A DNA stretch of 63,864 bases, the filler included, from Octopus bimaculoides (taxonomy: Eukaryota): the NCBI RefSeq assembly GCF_001194135.2. It is 5 parts of 4 records of this genome, joined end to end, with 100 filler letters (N's around TTAATTAATTAA, not from the genome) between each part and the next. Parts side by side here need not be neighbours in the genome. Positions count along the whole stretch, not along the records: positions 60,469 to 62,486 come from NC_068992.1; positions 62,587 to 63,864 come from NC_068991.1; 3 more parts are not named here. One strand, 5' to 3'. Under the pieces are notes generated by a model, which worked only from the letters and a program-made list of their open reading frames with translations, was not told the DNA's origin and ran no database searches. The position numbers and the translations under genes are program-made. Of the stretch, positions 62,339 to 63,864 are shown piece after piece; the first letter of the stretch is position 1; each line of letters begins with the position of its first letter.

Positions 62339-62586
62339 GGGCGCAAAGGGGCGTAACAGATTACGTCGCTTTGCATCCAGATCGACTTAGCTTTTCTGCC
62401 CTTATGGGACCGATAAAATATACGCCAAAGTAATGACATTGATTGCATATGCTAAAATTCATAAAGGTTGCAGTCCAATGATCATANNNNNNNNNNNNNN
62501 NNNNNNNNNNNNNNNNNNNNNNNNNNNNNNTTAATTAATTAANNNNNNNNNNNNNNNNNNNNNNNNNNNNNNNNNNNNNNNNNNNN

Positions 62587-62640
62587 TTAGGATTCCTGGC
62601 TTTCACCCAGGCGGCCTGTGTTCGATTCCCGGCATGGAAA
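62587..62640 (+). tRNA. tRNA-Glu(TTC) gene or pseudogene, 5' end lost in a gap
   Basis: The anticodon arm is cctgg-ct TTC ac-ccagg, the T loop is GTTCGATT, and the 3' acceptor strand is catggaa. The T stem has one mismatch and one G-U, and no T-run terminator follows. Confidence 0.75.
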
Positions 62641-62656
62641 CGGAAACGCGTATATA

Positions 62657-63708
62657 TAGAGTGCGGTGAATAAATTGTGATCTAAATTACGCAAAAACGA
62701 AAATAACACTGACATCTCATTTTAACATATATTTACCAAAGTTACATAAAAATATCTTGAATTACTAAAGAGTAAATTTATTCTAGAAAATCGCCATTCG
62801 CTTCGACCACGGCCTCCAGACGACTTCGGAATCTTCCGCAGCTCTTCTGGATGGTTTCCTTGTTTAAGTTGGTGAATGCTGCCATAACCCTTGCCTTCAG
62901 TTCATCTTTGGTATTAGAAAGAGTTTTGTTAGTCTCTCGCTCAACTGCGACCCACACATAATAATCAAGGGGGTGGCAGTCTGGGGAGTAAGTGGCATTG
63001 TGCAGAGTCTTGTAGCCAAGCATAGGGTCTTCCAGCAGCCATCCTCTTCACCCAGGGCAGCACTACTTCTTCCAGACACTTGATGTAGGCCTCTGTGTTG
63101 AATGTGAGACCGTGTGGGAATATGAATGGAGGCATAACGTCACCATCACTAATGATCACTCCAAACACCATGATGTTGACTACCAGTTTGATTTTTATCA
63201 CTCTTGGTACATGTTTTGGGGACACAGTGAGCCATTGGTTGTTCTGTGTGTTCACCATCTGATCCTGGCAGAAATTTTTCTTATCTGAGAAAAACCAAAG
63301 CATGTTTGGTTGGAGGGGATGCTTGAGCTTGTTCAAAAGCTTCGTAGCGTGGTCTTCCCTCTTGTCCTTCATGCCTTGGGATAAAAATTGGCCCTTTCTC
63401 ATCTTGTACGAGGAATACCGAATGTCTTCATGAACTACCTGCTTCATAGGAAACTTAGACACTCCCATTTCCCTGGCGATTGACCTGATTGACTTGGAGG
63501 GATCGTTGTTAATCATGGCTAGGATCTCACCGACAAATTCACGAGTTCTTTTCTTATCAAAACGAGTTTTCCGAGCAGCCGTGCCTTCGTAATCACCATT
63601 AGACTCATCTAACTCTTTCTGAATCCTCTGCACTGAACTCAGATTGACACTCAAACACTCTGAAATGTTCGTATTGGAGTTTCTGGCGCGAATCAGTGCA
63701 GCATGTCG
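62657..63708 (-). mobile_element. DD37D/maT transposon, best-preserved copy (5' end replaced by a duplication)
   Basis: ORFs 62965..63654 and 62778..63023 contain HTH regions, WFFSDKKNF, VMPPFIFPHGL, WLQDSAQCH and YSPDCHPLDYYVW. The terminus agagtgcggtgaataaattg lies next to (TA)n. Confidence 0.9.
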
Positions 63709-63843
63709 TTGTACGAGGAATACCGAATGTCTTCATGCACTACCTGCTTCATAGGAAACTTAGACACTCCCATGTCCCTGGCGATTGACCTGATTGACTT
63801 GGAGGGATCGTTGTTAATTATGGCTAGGATCTCACCGACAAAT
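63709..63843 (-). repeat. 135-bp duplicate of transposase segment 63404-63538
   Basis: Same orientation with 3 substitutions. Confidence 0.9.
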
Positions 63844-63864
63844 ATATATATATATATATATATA

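Overview
AT-rich, microsatellite-dense, gap-ridden eukaryotic genomic DNA with no host protein-coding gene that I can support. It is most likely intergenic or intronic sequence from a coleoid cephalopod (Octopus-like). That assignment is an inference from the SINE families, the repeat spectrum and the LINE content. The window is a graveyard of transposons: (i) about eight fragments of R4/Dong-clade non-LTR retrotransposons, nearly all abutting (TAA)n or related triplet arrays, including an apparently full-length element that is really a two-subfamily composite; (ii) a CR1-like LINE 3' end, an L1/Tx1-like ORF1 relic, an RTE-like zinc-finger tail and a Penelope-like RT; (iii) four DD34D-type mariners and four DD37D/maT elements; (iv) a Helitron helicase fragment missed by the ORF track; (v) more than 20 tRNA-derived SINE copies from about four families; and (vi) a 5'-truncated tRNA-Glu(TTC). 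The most interesting non-obvious signals are several decayed minimal hammerhead ribozymes (best at 32-73), a ~535-bp foldback palindrome, a 31-bp-stem hairpin, a TAA-associated non-coding element present twice, and a promoter-like E-box/CCAAT/E2F cluster. Most ORFs in the supplied track are microsatellite or N-gap artefacts. The four N44-TTAATTAATTAA-N44 blocks are assembly spacers. I found no convincing wholly new biological system. The findings are candidates for checking.
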